Virus record (IMG/VR): IMGVR_UViG_3300000976_000009
Span: 173,151 to 237,150 of that record
Strand: one strand, 5' to 3'
Length of the DNA: 64,000 bases
Origin: a virus
In this document: positions 27,067 through 35,895 of the stretch, in pieces
Layout: each line of letters starts with the position of its first letter
How positions within the stretch are numbered: position 1 is the stretch's first letter
Program-made: the position numbers and the translations under genes
Notes under the pieces: generated by a model
Database searches by the model: none
Told to the model about the DNA's origin: nothing
The model's input: the letters and a program-made list of their open reading frames with translations, nothing else

Positions 27067-28896
27067 ATGGGAAAATTATTTAACAGAAAGAACCCAAATA
27101 GAGGGTTAACAACAGGACTAGAGATTATTATAGTAGTAGTCGGACTAGCCGTAGTAAGTTTTGGACTTTATAAATTCGCACCAGGTCTAATAGTTGGTGA
27201 GTCAGTAGAAATGGAAGCTATGGACCAGAATGGTGACCATATTGATAATGTAACAAATTCTACATTGTTACCAGTACCGACTAAACAAATTTCAACAGAT
27301 GTTTCTAGTAAACCTAAAGTAAGAATTGCTGGGTATGCTTGGAATGGTCAAACACCAATGATTGTTGCAAATGGTGGTCCAAAGACAACAAAGGGTTCTT
27401 TAATGGAACAAGCGGGTGTAAATTTGGAGATTATACGTCAAGATTGGTTGTCAGAGTTAAAGACAATGCAATTAAAATTCGTAGAGCAATATAACTCTGG
27501 GCAAGAATTTCCTACCTCAGACAAGTCAGCCTTTGCAATTATGATTATGGGTGATGGTGCACCATTCTATATTTCAACAATGAATAAGACGTTGGATGAA
27601 AAGTTTGGTAAAGATAAATACCATGTACAGGTAATTGGTGCTATTGGAATGTCGAATGGTGAAGATAAATTGATTGGTCCAGCAAAATGGAAAAGCAACC
27701 CTAAGACAATGGAAGGTGCATTAATTTCAACAGTGCTTGGAGATGGTGACTGGGTAACAACACTTAATTATTGTTTCGCAAATGGTCTTAAAGTAAACCC
27801 AGATATTACGACTTATGACCCAAATGCAGTGAATTTTTACCCGTCAGCTGATGATGACTATATTAATTCTGCTAAAGAATTGATTGCTTCTCAGAAAGAA
27901 GGTTTCTCAGTAGAATTGAAAGAAGTTATTGACGGCAAATTAACTGGAAATACTATTAAGAAGAAAGTTGATGGTTGTGCTACTTGGACACCAGGAGATA
28001 AGATGGTATTTGATGCTCTAACAGGATTTACAGATATTGCTTCTACAGCAGATTTCCCTAACCAAATGGCAACAACAATAATTGCGGTAAAAGAGTGGTC
28101 AATGGCTCACCCAGAAATGGTCACTAATATTTTGTCGTCAGCATTTACTGCCTCAAACCAGATGAAGCAATATAATGAATGGAGAATGGCTGGTGCTGAG
28201 GCAGTAACTACAACATTCCAAATGGAAACACCAAAATATTGGTATAATATGTACCAAGGGCAAAGTGGTTCTGATGCAAATGGTTTGTCTTACAACATGG
28301 GTGGAACTAGATGTTTAACTTATGCTGATGCTAGACAGTATTACGGATTGACAGATGGTGTAAACAGATATAAGTCTGTATACAACCAAGTTTCTAACTA
28401 CCTAACAACACTTAACCCATTTGGTTTCAACGAGTCAGTTAAGGGTGTTACACCATACTCTGAGGCTGTCAACATGTTCTTCATTAATAGTATTAGTGAT
28501 GTTGATGCGGGGGTTGTTGAAGCAGTTGATTATTCTGATGAGAAAACAGAAGTAATGGCAAGTGGTAACTGGAGTATTCAGTTTGCAACAGGAAGTAATG
28601 AAATTCAAAGTTCTTCAAATAGTGACTTAGAAAGTATTTACAACTTACTTGTACAGGCTGAACAAACTAAAGTAACGATTGTTGGTCACACAGATAACAC
28701 TGGTTCAAGTGCGGTAAATACACCATTGTCTCATGATAGAGCACAAGCAGTAGTTAATTACTTAATTGACCGTGGAATTCCTTACAACAGAATTCAAAGT
28801 GTAGATGGTAAAGGTTCTGATAACCCAATTGACACCAACGGAACAAGTAAAGGGCGTGCGAATAACCGTAGAGTTGAGATTACTTTACTACAGTAA
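27067..28896 (+). CDS. substrate-binding protein (NMT1/SsuA-like) fused to an OmpA-like peptidoglycan-binding domain
   Basis: N-terminal TM; C-terminal IQFATGS..VGHTDNTG..LSHDRAQAV..NRRVEI. Confidence 0.85.
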   Translation: MGKLFNRKNPNRGLTTGLEIIIVVVGLAVVSFGLYKFAPGLIVGESVEMEAMDQNGDHIDNVTNSTLLPVPTKQISTDVSSKPKVRIAGYAWNGQTPMIVANGGPKTTKGSLMEQAGVNLEIIRQDWLSELKTMQLKFVEQYNSGQEFPTSDKSAFAIMIMGDGAPFYISTMNKTLDEKFGKDKYHVQVIGAIGMSNGEDKLIGPAKWKSNPKTMEGALISTVLGDGDWVTTLNYCFANGLKVNPDITTYDPNAVNFYPSADDDYINSAKELIASQKEGFSVELKEVIDGKLTGNTIKKKVDGCATWTPGDKMVFDALTGFTDIASTADFPNQMATTIIAVKEWSMAHPEMVTNILSSAFTASNQMKQYNEWRMAGAEAVTTTFQMETPKYWYNMYQGQSGSDANGLSYNMGGTRCLTYADARQYYGLTDGVNRYKSVYNQVSNYLTTLNPFGFNESVKGVTPYSEAVNMFFINSISDVDAGVVEAVDYSDEKTEVMASGNWSIQFATGSNEIQSSSNSDLESIYNLLVQAEQTKVTIVGHTDNTGSSAVNTPLSHDRAQAVVNYLIDRGIPYNRIQSVDGKGSDNPIDTNGTSKGRANNRRVEITLLQ

Positions 28897-29040
28897 GCAT
28901 ACATAAAGATAGATATAGAAAAAGGTCTTGCAATTGCAAGACCTTTTTTTTTTTGTTTAAAATAAGTCTAAATAAATTTGGTATAATGGATTATTATTAT
29001 TATATTTGTAATCTAAATAATTAATTAAAATAAAGTAAAA

Positions 29041-29532
29041 ATGAAAAAACTATTAACATTAGCATTTGCTGTATTATTAACAGCAGTAACATTTGGACAG
29101 GACAAACAAAGTGTAATGTTCTCAACAGAAAAAGAAAAGTGTGAGGTGACACCTTATGTGGCGGCTGGTTTGTCAATGACAAATACAACTGATTTTAAAG
29201 CTAGCTCATACCCCTCTATGGAAGTAGGTGTAATGTTTGATAATATTACCATAGCTGGTGTGTTTGGTCGGAATAACTTAGCAAACTCCCAAACTAGCGG
29301 TATTGATAATTATTGGACTGAGGCAAAATTAGCTTACTCCTTCCCGTTAGGTTTTGTTGACGGTTATGGTGTTTTCGGTGTGGGGACATATTTTGGAACT
29401 AGTGGGTCATTATTTATTGAATATGGTGGTGGTGTCATGAAAAGTTTTAGTGATAATTTCGGAGGATTCATTCAAGTAAGTAATTGGGATGGGATAACAT
29501 ACCTTACACCAGGTCTTTCTTATTCATTCTAA
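29041..29532 (+). CDS. small outer-membrane beta-barrel protein
   Basis: Signal peptide, amphipathic strands, terminal YSF. Confidence 0.65.
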   Translation: MKKLLTLAFAVLLTAVTFGQDKQSVMFSTEKEKCEVTPYVAAGLSMTNTTDFKASSYPSMEVGVMFDNITIAGVFGRNNLANSQTSGIDNYWTEAKLAYSFPLGFVDGYGVFGVGTYFGTSGSLFIEYGGGVMKSFSDNFGGFIQVSNWDGITYLTPGLSYSF

Positions 29533-29542
29533 ATTAAAAAAA

Positions 29543-30310
29543 ATGAAATTATTAAAACCATTTGAGAAGTTAACTAAGAGAAAACGTCTCTTAATTGGTT
29601 TAGGTTGGTTGGCTTTAATTTTAATAATGTGGGGATTCTATTCAACTGGAGAAACCACATTGTTCCCAACACCTAAACAAGTTTGGTCTGGTATAACTGA
29701 ATTATACGCAGAAGGATTAGTTGTACATATTGCTAGTTCATTATGGCTTTGTGCAAAAGCAGTATTAATTTCAGTGATTGTTTCATTAGTATTAGTTTAT
29801 GCCTCACCAATTCCATTACTAAAACCATTAGGTACTGCAATTTCAAAATTTAGGTACTTACCGCTTACAGGTATCGCATTCTATATAACAATGTTAATTG
29901 ATGATGGTAGAGAAATACAAGTTTGGATTTTGGTGGTATTCATGAGCACATATTTAATTACCTCATTACTTTCAATGTTAAAAGATATTAAAGAAGAAGA
30001 ATTTGACCACGCAAGAGCTCTTGGTTGCTCTAGGTTTGAAATGCTTTGGGAGGTAGTTATTAAGGGTCGATTTGATTACGTAATTGAAATTATTAGACAA
30101 AACCTTGCTATTGGTTGGATGATGCTTGTAACAGTTGAGTCTATTATGGCTGCGGCTGGTGGGTTAGGATTTCTTATTAAGAATTCCGATAAATTTGGTA
30201 ACCACGGTAGAATTATTGCATTACAATTGGTTATATTATTTATTGGATTGTTCATGGATTGGGGATTAACTAAGATTAGAAAATTATTATTCAGATACTC
30301 TAAATTTTAA
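29543..30310 (+). CDS. ABC transporter permease, NitT/TauT family
   Basis: LFPTP, EAA-like DHARALG, E...GGLGFLI. Confidence 0.85.
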   Translation: MKLLKPFEKLTKRKRLLIGLGWLALILIMWGFYSTGETTLFPTPKQVWSGITELYAEGLVVHIASSLWLCAKAVLISVIVSLVLVYASPIPLLKPLGTAISKFRYLPLTGIAFYITMLIDDGREIQVWILVVFMSTYLITSLLSMLKDIKEEEFDHARALGCSRFEMLWEVVIKGRFDYVIEIIRQNLAIGWMMLVTVESIMAAAGGLGFLIKNSDKFGNHGRIIALQLVILFIGLFMDWGLTKIRKLLFRYSKF

Positions 30311-30313
30311 AAT

Positions 30314-31131
30314 ATGTCATACGAATTAAAAGATACAATTTTATACCTTGACAATGTAGAGTTAGGGTATGGTGAAGGGCATGACTATAAATGTGTTCTT
30401 AAAAATATTAACCTTGAAGAAAAAGATGTTGTTAGAGAAGGGTATACAACAGGACAAGTAATTGCAGTTGTAGGTCGCTCTGGAAGAGGTAAGTCAACAT
30501 TATTTAAAGCTCTAACTGGGTTAGTCAAACCAAAAAGTGGTCAAGTCCTTATTACTGAATTAGATACTGAGGATGTAACAGATGCTAAAGATGTTTCTGA
30601 GGGTGATGTTGGGTTCGTTGACCAAAAATACACACTTTTTAGACATAAGACTGTTGAACAAATATTCAAATATGCATTAAGAAAGTCTAAGTTAACAAAA
30701 GACCAAAAGAAATTAACAATTGCTAAATATCTTGGTGAATGGGGTCTAGAAAAACATAAGGACCAATACCCAAACGAATTATCTGGTGGTCAGAGACAGA
30801 GAACTGCAATTATTGAACAGATATTATCTTCTGGACATTTTCTGGTTTGGATGTTGGTAATATTAGAGATGTTAAGCGGTCATTTGAATTAATTAAAAAT
30901 GACCATGAGTTAAATACTATAATTTACTCAACACATGAATTAAGACTTGCAGCTGAATTAGCCGATAGCATTTACGTTGTAGGTCACCCAACTATAGATG
31001 GTGTACAACAAGAATATGCTACAATAGTTAAACATTTTGATTTAAAAGCAATGGGTTTAGCTTGGCAAGAATTTGGACCAAGACATATTGAGTTAGTTAA
31101 AGAGATTGATGCAGCAATGATGGCTTCATAG
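30314..31131 (+). pseudogene. ABC transporter ATPase (TauB/SsuB-like), frameshifted by loss of Walker B
   Basis: GRSGRGKST and LSGGQRQR in ORF 30314-30892; FSGLD..STHE in the frame of 30847-31131; LDEP missing. Confidence 0.8.
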
Positions 31132-31236
31132 TATTTAACTATAACACTTAAGCAAAAAGTCTCCAAAATGCGGAGACTTTTTTGTTATTGTAGATATTTA
31201 TAGATATGAAAACAAGTAATTTAATAACAGAAACTG

Positions 31237-31491
31237 ATGAAGAAGGAAGTAAACAGAAAAAAGATAGCAACCTTGGTTCTAATGACAGCGATGTTTCTGA
31301 ACCCGCTCGGTTACGATGCACTATTTTATATGGTATTGAAGGCGACAGGGAATTCTTATGTAATTACTACAAGTATTTTCTACCTACTATCTCTATCATT
31401 ATTTGGTCTATATTGTTACTTAATTAAAAGTAATCCATTCACTTGGATTAAAAAACAATTTAAAAACCTTATTGAAAGATTTAAGAAGTGA
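31237..31491 (+). CDS. small membrane protein
   Basis: Two hydrophobic segments, FLNPLGYDALF. Confidence 0.6.
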   Translation: MKKEVNRKKIATLVLMTAMFLNPLGYDALFYMVLKATGNSYVITTSIFYLLSLSLFGLYCYLIKSNPFTWIKKQFKNLIERFKK

Positions 31492-31523
31492 AACTTCAAA
31501 CCCTTGATTTATAGGAATAAAAA

Positions 31524-31889
31524 TTGTATATTATAAATAAGATTATGAAATTTGACTTTGATAGATATAAAAATCGTAGGTTCCACAAGAATGATGACAT
31601 TGATAAAAAGGTCAAAGCATCATTCTTGTATTATGATTATCAAGTAATTGAAAAGAAATTAAAATTACCAGAACAATTAACTTTGTTAGATGATTGGATA
31701 ATAAAATTTAAAGAGCATGAATTATACGAGGTAATCCCAATGTTTAAATTAAGACGTGCAGTAGTGGTAAAGCAAATTATTAATCATAACCATGAAAAGA
31801 TGTCAATGGTTGAAGACATAGTACCAAGTTTTCCAGAAAAATGGGTAAAAGTGAAAAAGTTTTTCAAAAATCCATTTAATAGAAAATAA
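31524..31889 (+). CDS. hypothetical protein
   Basis: 121 aa ORF. Confidence 0.5.
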   Translation: MYIINKIMKFDFDRYKNRRFHKNDDIDKKVKASFLYYDYQVIEKKLKLPEQLTLLDDWIIKFKEHELYEVIPMFKLRRAVVVKQIINHNHEKMSMVEDIVPSFPEKWVKVKKFFKNPFNRK

Positions 31890-31922
31890 AATCGTATATT
31901 TGCAATAAGAAAAAAAATTAAC

Positions 31923-32531
31923 ATGAGTAATAATTTTGACGACCTATCTGATGACTTCTTAGGTGAAGGAAAGGATAAAAAAAAATCAGACGAGACTAAT
32001 AGACCTAAAGGTCCAACAATCCGTAAAGGTAAGAGGATTAGGTTAGAAAGTGAGGATGGTATGCCAATTGATTTGGGTAACCTACCTAAAGATTTACCAC
32101 CAGAAATAATTGATTTGATTAAATCAATATCAGAAATTAAAGAAAGGGGTGCTAGTGTTGAGGATGAATTTAATTTAGGTGAACCAGATGAACATGAATC
32201 TCATGATGAGGATGGTAATACTATTGATAAGAGTACTTGGAATACAGACTTTGGCTCAATCACTAGAATATCAATAGGGGGCGAATTCCCAATGGATATG
32301 GACCCTTCCGATATTATAAATTCATTAAGGAATAAGTTTGGTTCTGGGTTACCTAATACATTTACTTCTTCCCCAGAAGAAGAATTACAAATAGCTTTAG
32401 AAAATGAAGATTATTTGGAAGCTGCAAGATTAAGGGATATTATTTCAGATAAAAATAAAAAATCTGAAAAGCAAGAAAACATAGATAAAAAGGGCAACAC
32501 AGAGGGGTCTATTTGGGATTTATTAGATTAA
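31923..32531 (+). CDS. acidic protein with C-terminal UVR (UvrB/C) motif
   Basis: LQIALENEDYLEAARLRD. Confidence 0.7.
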   Translation: MSNNFDDLSDDFLGEGKDKKKSDETNRPKGPTIRKGKRIRLESEDGMPIDLGNLPKDLPPEIIDLIKSISEIKERGASVEDEFNLGEPDEHESHDEDGNTIDKSTWNTDFGSITRISIGGEFPMDMDPSDIINSLRNKFGSGLPNTFTSSPEEELQIALENEDYLEAARLRDIISDKNKKSEKQENIDKKGNTEGSIWDLLD

Positions 32532-32555
32532 TTTAAAAAAAAATTCAAAAAAAGC

Positions 32556-32585
32556 TTGCTAATTAAAAAACTTTTAGTATCTTTG
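32556..32585 (+). promoter_or_regulatory. Bacteroidota sigma70 promoter of tRNA array 3
   Basis: TTG-N19-TATCTTTG, nearly identical to the array 1 promoter. Confidence 0.8.
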
Positions 32586-32598
32586 TAATAGTTATTAA

Positions 32599-32725
32599 CA
32601 GTATACGCAAGGCGTGAAGCCTAGCGGAACGGGTATGTTATATCTAAAAGGTTCAGAAGAGATAATCTAATTATTTGAACATAGAAATTTAACAAACCCG
32701 ATTCGTAACTGAGTCGGGTTTTTTT
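32599..32725 (+). terminator. attenuator 3: truncated leader frame QYTQGVKPSGTG.., antiterminator and terminator
   Basis: AAACCCGATTC-GTAACT-GAGTCGGGTTT+T run; CGGGTATGTTA:TAACAAACCCG. Confidence 0.75.
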
Positions 32726-32790
32726 GTGTCCATAATTTACTAAGCGGGACCTTAATAAAAGTTTAGTTGTTCTTTGACATCGTGTAATAT

Positions 32791-32863
32791 CTAGGTATGG
32801 GAAAGTTGGTAATCCGCTTGCTTTGGGAGCAAGAGACCGCTGGTTCGAGTCCAGCTACTTAGA
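32791..32863 (+). tRNA. tRNA-Pro(TGG)
   Basis: CTTGC-TTTGGGA-GCAAG. Confidence 0.85.
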
Positions 32864-32903
32864 CGAATTGGGTTAACACTAAACCAGTGAGGGAAGTGTA
32901 ATA

Positions 32904-32977
32904 CGGGGAGTGACCAAGGCTTTAGGCACGGGCTGTTTGGTGCAGTCAGTTGGTCGGTTCGATTCCGACCTCCCCGA
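32904..32977 (+). tRNA. tRNA-Pro(TGG)
   Basis: GGCTG-TTTGGTG-CAGTC. Confidence 0.7.
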
Positions 32978-33063
32978 CAAAGCTGGTTAATTAACATCGA
33001 GACTAGAATTTGAATTGGTTCTCGCCAAGACTTATAATAGGTTAATTGCCAGCACTAATACTA

Positions 33064-33137
33064 CGAGTGGTGACTAAGGTTTTAAGCACGGGGGCATTGG
33101 AAGCCTCAGTTAGTGGGTTCGATTCCCACCCATTCGA
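33064..33137 (+). tRNA. tRNA-Pro(TGG)
   Basis: GGGGC-ATTGGAA-GCCTC. Confidence 0.7.
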
Positions 33138-33140
33138 CAA

Positions 33141-33212
33141 CGAGAGGTCGTCTACCAGATAAGGCACCAGTCATTGGGACTGGAAAAGAAGGTTAAAGCC
33201 CTTCCCTCTCGA
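33141..33212 (+). tRNA. degenerate Pro-type tRNA
   Basis: CGAGAGG/CCTCTCG-A; aberrant loop CATTGGG. Confidence 0.45.
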
Positions 33213-33217
33213 CAACT

Positions 33218-33302
33218 GCGGAGATAGTATAATGGGTAACATACTAGTTATAGTACGCCAGCAATCCAGCTGGAAATGTGAGTTCGAATCTCGCTCTCCG
33301 CT
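33218..33302 (+). tRNA. degenerate Gly-type tRNA (expanded D loop, 6-nt anticodon loop)
   Basis: GCGGAGA/TCTCCGC-T; CCAGC-AATCCA-GCTGG. Confidence 0.45.
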
Positions 33303-33316
33303 CTAATAATTAACAC

Positions 33317-33387
33317 TGACCTATGGTGTAATGGTAGCATAAGAGTTTTTGGCACTCTTGGTCTAGGTTCGAACCCTAGTAGGTCAA
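33317..33387 (+). tRNA. tRNA-Gln(TTG)
   Basis: AGAGT-TTTTGGC-ACTCT. Confidence 0.85.
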
Positions 33388-33394
33388 CAAATAT

Positions 33395-33479
33395 TGTGGT
33401 GTATGCAAATTGGCAAGCAGCCAGACTTTGAATCTGGTGTGGTATATCCCGACTGTAGGTTCGAACCCTACCACCATAA
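33395..33479 (+). tRNA. tRNA-Gln(TTG), long variable region
   Basis: CCAGA-CTTTGAA-TCTGG. Confidence 0.75.
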
Positions 33480-33545
33480 CAATTATTTAATATGATTATA
33501 TTATACTTTTAAAAAAAAGAATGTACCTTTGCAAAAATTTTAGTT

Positions 33546-33836
33546 ATGATTAAGAAAGAAATTAAAGTATTAGATACGGTAACAACACCATCAGAGATAG
33601 CCCAACACGCATTGGTTAATTTCTTATATGGTCTATTAAATGGTTTAGTTATCATTACCATGATTCTTGGTAACCCTTGGTTGATATTATGTGCCTATTA
33701 CATATTGAAACAAGTAGAGAGTAAAATTTTAAATAGGAACAAATATACCAGTAAGTTTGGAAAGAGGTATTTATTTCCAATTCCTAGTACATTAGGATTT
33801 TTATTAGGTTGGTATATTGGAACTTTCTTTAAATAG
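33546..33836 (+). CDS. small membrane protein
   Basis: Hydrophobic segments; TACCTTTG promoter. Confidence 0.6.
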   Translation: MIKKEIKVLDTVTTPSEIAQHALVNFLYGLLNGLVIITMILGNPWLILCAYYILKQVESKILNRNKYTSKFGKRYLFPIPSTLGFLLGWYIGTFFK

Positions 33837-33911
33837 AAAGACAACGAGTAAATGATTGTGTGACCCTAATGCATTAGGAGCTATAAGGTTTGATTCCTTT
33901 CTACTCGACAA

Positions 33912-33976
33912 AGAATGATTACAGCAAATGTAACAACGACCAAACTTTTAATTTGATAAACGTAAAAAATCATTCT
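33912..33976 (+). ncRNA. stem+TACAGCAA RNA with a Lys(TTT) anticodon-arm mimic
   Basis: AGAATGAT/ATCATTCT closing stem; CAAA-CTTTTAA-TTTG. Confidence 0.7.
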
Positions 33977-33982
33977 GTATTT

Positions 33983-34064
33983 GGGTGTCTATGCAAATGG
34001 CGAAGCAAGCGAGTTGTAACCTCGTGACATAGAAACATTGGGGGTTCGAATCCCTCGGCACCCA
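33983..34064 (+). tRNA. tRNA-Tyr(GTA)
   Basis: GCGAG-TTGTAAC-CTCGT. Confidence 0.8.
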
Positions 34065-34109
34065 CACAATTTGGTTAGCACTAGACAAAATGAACTAGGA
34101 AGTGCAATT

Positions 34110-34191
34110 GGGGGTATTGAGCAATTGGCTGCTCAGCAGACTGTAAATCTGTCGCTTCACGGCATTGGGGGTTCGAATCCCTCTACCCCCA
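34110..34191 (+). tRNA. tRNA-Tyr(GTA)
   Basis: GCAGA-CTGTAAA-TCTGT. Confidence 0.9.
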
Positions 34192-34308
34192 CAATAAGTG
34201 GGATATACATGCAGCAATGTTTGGATTACGCCTAGTACAGATTAATTATCTGTTGATGAAAGGATATAAACGAGAGGTTCCTTTTAAGTCCCACTGACGT
34301 TATTATAT

Positions 34309-34393
34309 GCCTATGTCCCATAGTGGTCGATTGGAACGGTTTTGTAAGCCGTAGGTGAAATTCCCACCGTTGGTTCGAATCCAACCATAGGCT
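34309..34393 (+). tRNA. tRNA-Thr(TGT), long variable arm
   Basis: ACGGT-TTTGTAA-GCCGT; same acceptor and T arm as tRNA-Cys at 10900. Confidence 0.7.
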
Positions 34394-34399
34394 CAAAAT

Positions 34400-34471
34400 G
34401 CTCTTTTAGTATAATGGCTATTATACGTCCTTGGTAGGGATGGGATTCCAGTTCGATTCTGGGAAAGAGCT
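34400..34471 (+). tRNA. tRNA-Thr(GGT)
   Basis: CGTCC-TTGGTAG-GGATG. Confidence 0.8.
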
Positions 34472-34479
34472 CAAAATTT

Positions 34480-34551
34480 GCCACCTAAGCATTTAGGGAT
34501 GATGTATGCTCTTGTAAAGCATGGAACGCAGTTCGATTCTGCGATGTGGCT
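34480..34551 (+). tRNA. tRNA-Thr(TGT)
   Basis: ATGCT-CTTGTAA-AGCAT. Confidence 0.7.
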
Positions 34552-34561
34552 CAAATAAAAT

Positions 34562-34634
34562 GCGAGATGTAGCTTAATGGCTGAAAGCGTCTGCCTTCCA
34601 AGCAGAAGACGGGGTTCGATTCCCACATTTCGCT
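34562..34634 (+). tRNA. tRNA-Gly(TCC)
   Basis: TCTGC-CTTCCAA-GCAGA. Confidence 0.8.
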
Positions 34635-34642
34635 CAATACAT

Positions 34643-34714
34643 GCAGTATTGGTGTTAACGGTAGCACATGGGCCTTCCAAGTCCGAGGTGTGGGTTCGAA
34701 TCCCATGTACTGCA
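34643..34714 (+). tRNA. tRNA-Gly(TCC)
   Basis: TGGGC-CTTCCAA-GTCCG. Confidence 0.8.
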
Positions 34715-34808
34715 CATACTGGTTTTCGTCACCGATTTACCGTTAGGACCCATCGTGGGTTAACAGAATACAAATGAGGTGTGACAGGTGTGGAGAGACA
34801 CACAAAAT

Positions 34809-34880
34809 GCAGTAGTCGTATAGTGGCTATTACACCGCATTACCAATGCGGAGACGACAGTTCGATTCTGTTCTACTGCT
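34809..34880 (+). tRNA. tRNA-Gly(ACC)
   Basis: CCGCA-TTACCAA-TGCGG, U73. Confidence 0.8.
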
Positions 34881-34945
34881 CAAACTATTTTAGACTATAA
34901 CACACCCTTTACCTTGGTCTATGATATTTATTAATAAATGAAAAT

Positions 34946-35326
34946 ATGGGATTAACAAATATAAAGGGTGATATCGCTGAACTAGCGGTGGCAAAACGAT
35001 TTTTAGAATTAGGATATTGGGTTTCATTACCTTTTGGTGATGATGCACCTTATGATTTAATTATTGATAAAAATGGTGTATTTAAACGAGTACAAGTTAA
35101 ATATATTAAACCATATAATGATACTATTAAATTTAGAATGCTATCAAATAGTGGTAGGGATTATAGAAAAACAGTTGATATTATGGTTGGATATAATAGT
35201 GATAATGGTGATTGTTATCTAATAGATATGTCGGATGATATATCGGAGACATTATCATTAAAACTAAATAAACCAAAAAATAATCAGACTAAAGGAATTA
35301 ATTTAGCTGAAAATTATAAATTATAA
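34946..35326 (+). mobile_element. free-standing PD-(D/E)XK homing endonuclease (I-Ssp6803I-like)
   Basis: KGDIAE..PFGDDAPYDLI..RVQVK; inserted in the tRNA array. Confidence 0.75.
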
Positions 35327-35328
35327 AT

Positions 35329-35498
35329 GAGTATGCTTGCCCTTGTAGTGAAAGGGTAGCCCCACGTAAGGGGTGTGCTAATAAAGCTGAGGACTGAAAA
35401 GCAAAAATCTACTAAGTACGTATTAGGTAGGTTGGATTAAATTAGGTGACAGATGCCGATTTCCATCGGGTCTTGAGGTGCAAATCCCCACATGCTCA
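35329..35498 (+). ncRNA. large tRNA-like RNA (acceptor and T arm retained)
   Basis: GAGTATG/CATGCTC-A, GGTGCAAATCC T loop. Confidence 0.5.
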
Positions 35499-35502
35499 CT
35501 AT

Positions 35503-35612
35503 GGCTAAAACAAGTCGGTTGTATTTTATATTATGGTATATAATATAAAGTGATAGAATGATATGGGTGTTACAGTATCAACTATTATGGGGTTCGACTC
35601 CCCGCTTAGCCA
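35503..35612 (+). ncRNA. tRNA-like RNA (acceptor and T arm retained)
   Basis: GGCTAA/TTAGCC-A, GGGGTTCGACTCCCC. Confidence 0.5.
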
Positions 35613-35648
35613 CTAAAATAAAATTATAAACAATTAAAAATAAAAACG

Positions 35649-35690
35649 ATGAAAACTTTATTGAAACTTAAACACAAGTGTAAACAGTAA
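35649..35690 (+). CDS. Lys-rich leader peptide MKTLLKLKHKCKQ
   Basis: A-rich start; 5 Lys codons; lies immediately before a hairpin and three tRNA-Lys. Confidence 0.55.
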   Translation: MKTLLKLKHKCKQ

Positions 35691-35733
35691 AGCATTCGGC
35701 TCATAGAGTTACGGATGCTAATAAGAAAATTAT

Positions 35734-35809
35734 GCCTCCGTAGCTCAACTGGTTTTAGAGCACTCGACTTTTAATCGAGGGGTTCTGGGTTCGAGTCCCA
35801 GCGGGGGTA
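35734..35809 (+). tRNA. tRNA-Lys(TTT)
   Basis: CTCGA-CTTTTAA-TCGAG. Confidence 0.9.
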
Positions 35810-35815
35810 CTAATT

Positions 35816-35889
35816 GCACCTCTAGCAATCGTGGGATAGCAACTGGCTTTTAACCAGTACGGAGAAGGGTTCGACTCCCTTGGGGTGCA
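35816..35889 (+). tRNA. tRNA-Lys(TTT)
   Basis: ACTGG-CTTTTAA-CCAGT. Confidence 0.8.
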
Positions 35890-35895
35890 CAATAT

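Noticed and set aside
34197-34295. Possible fifth CAGCAA-family RNA (AGTGGGA/TCCCACT stem, GCAGCAATGT)
   Set aside because: Motif is not adjacent to the closing stem and there is no anticodon arm; possibly another ncRNA but unsupported.
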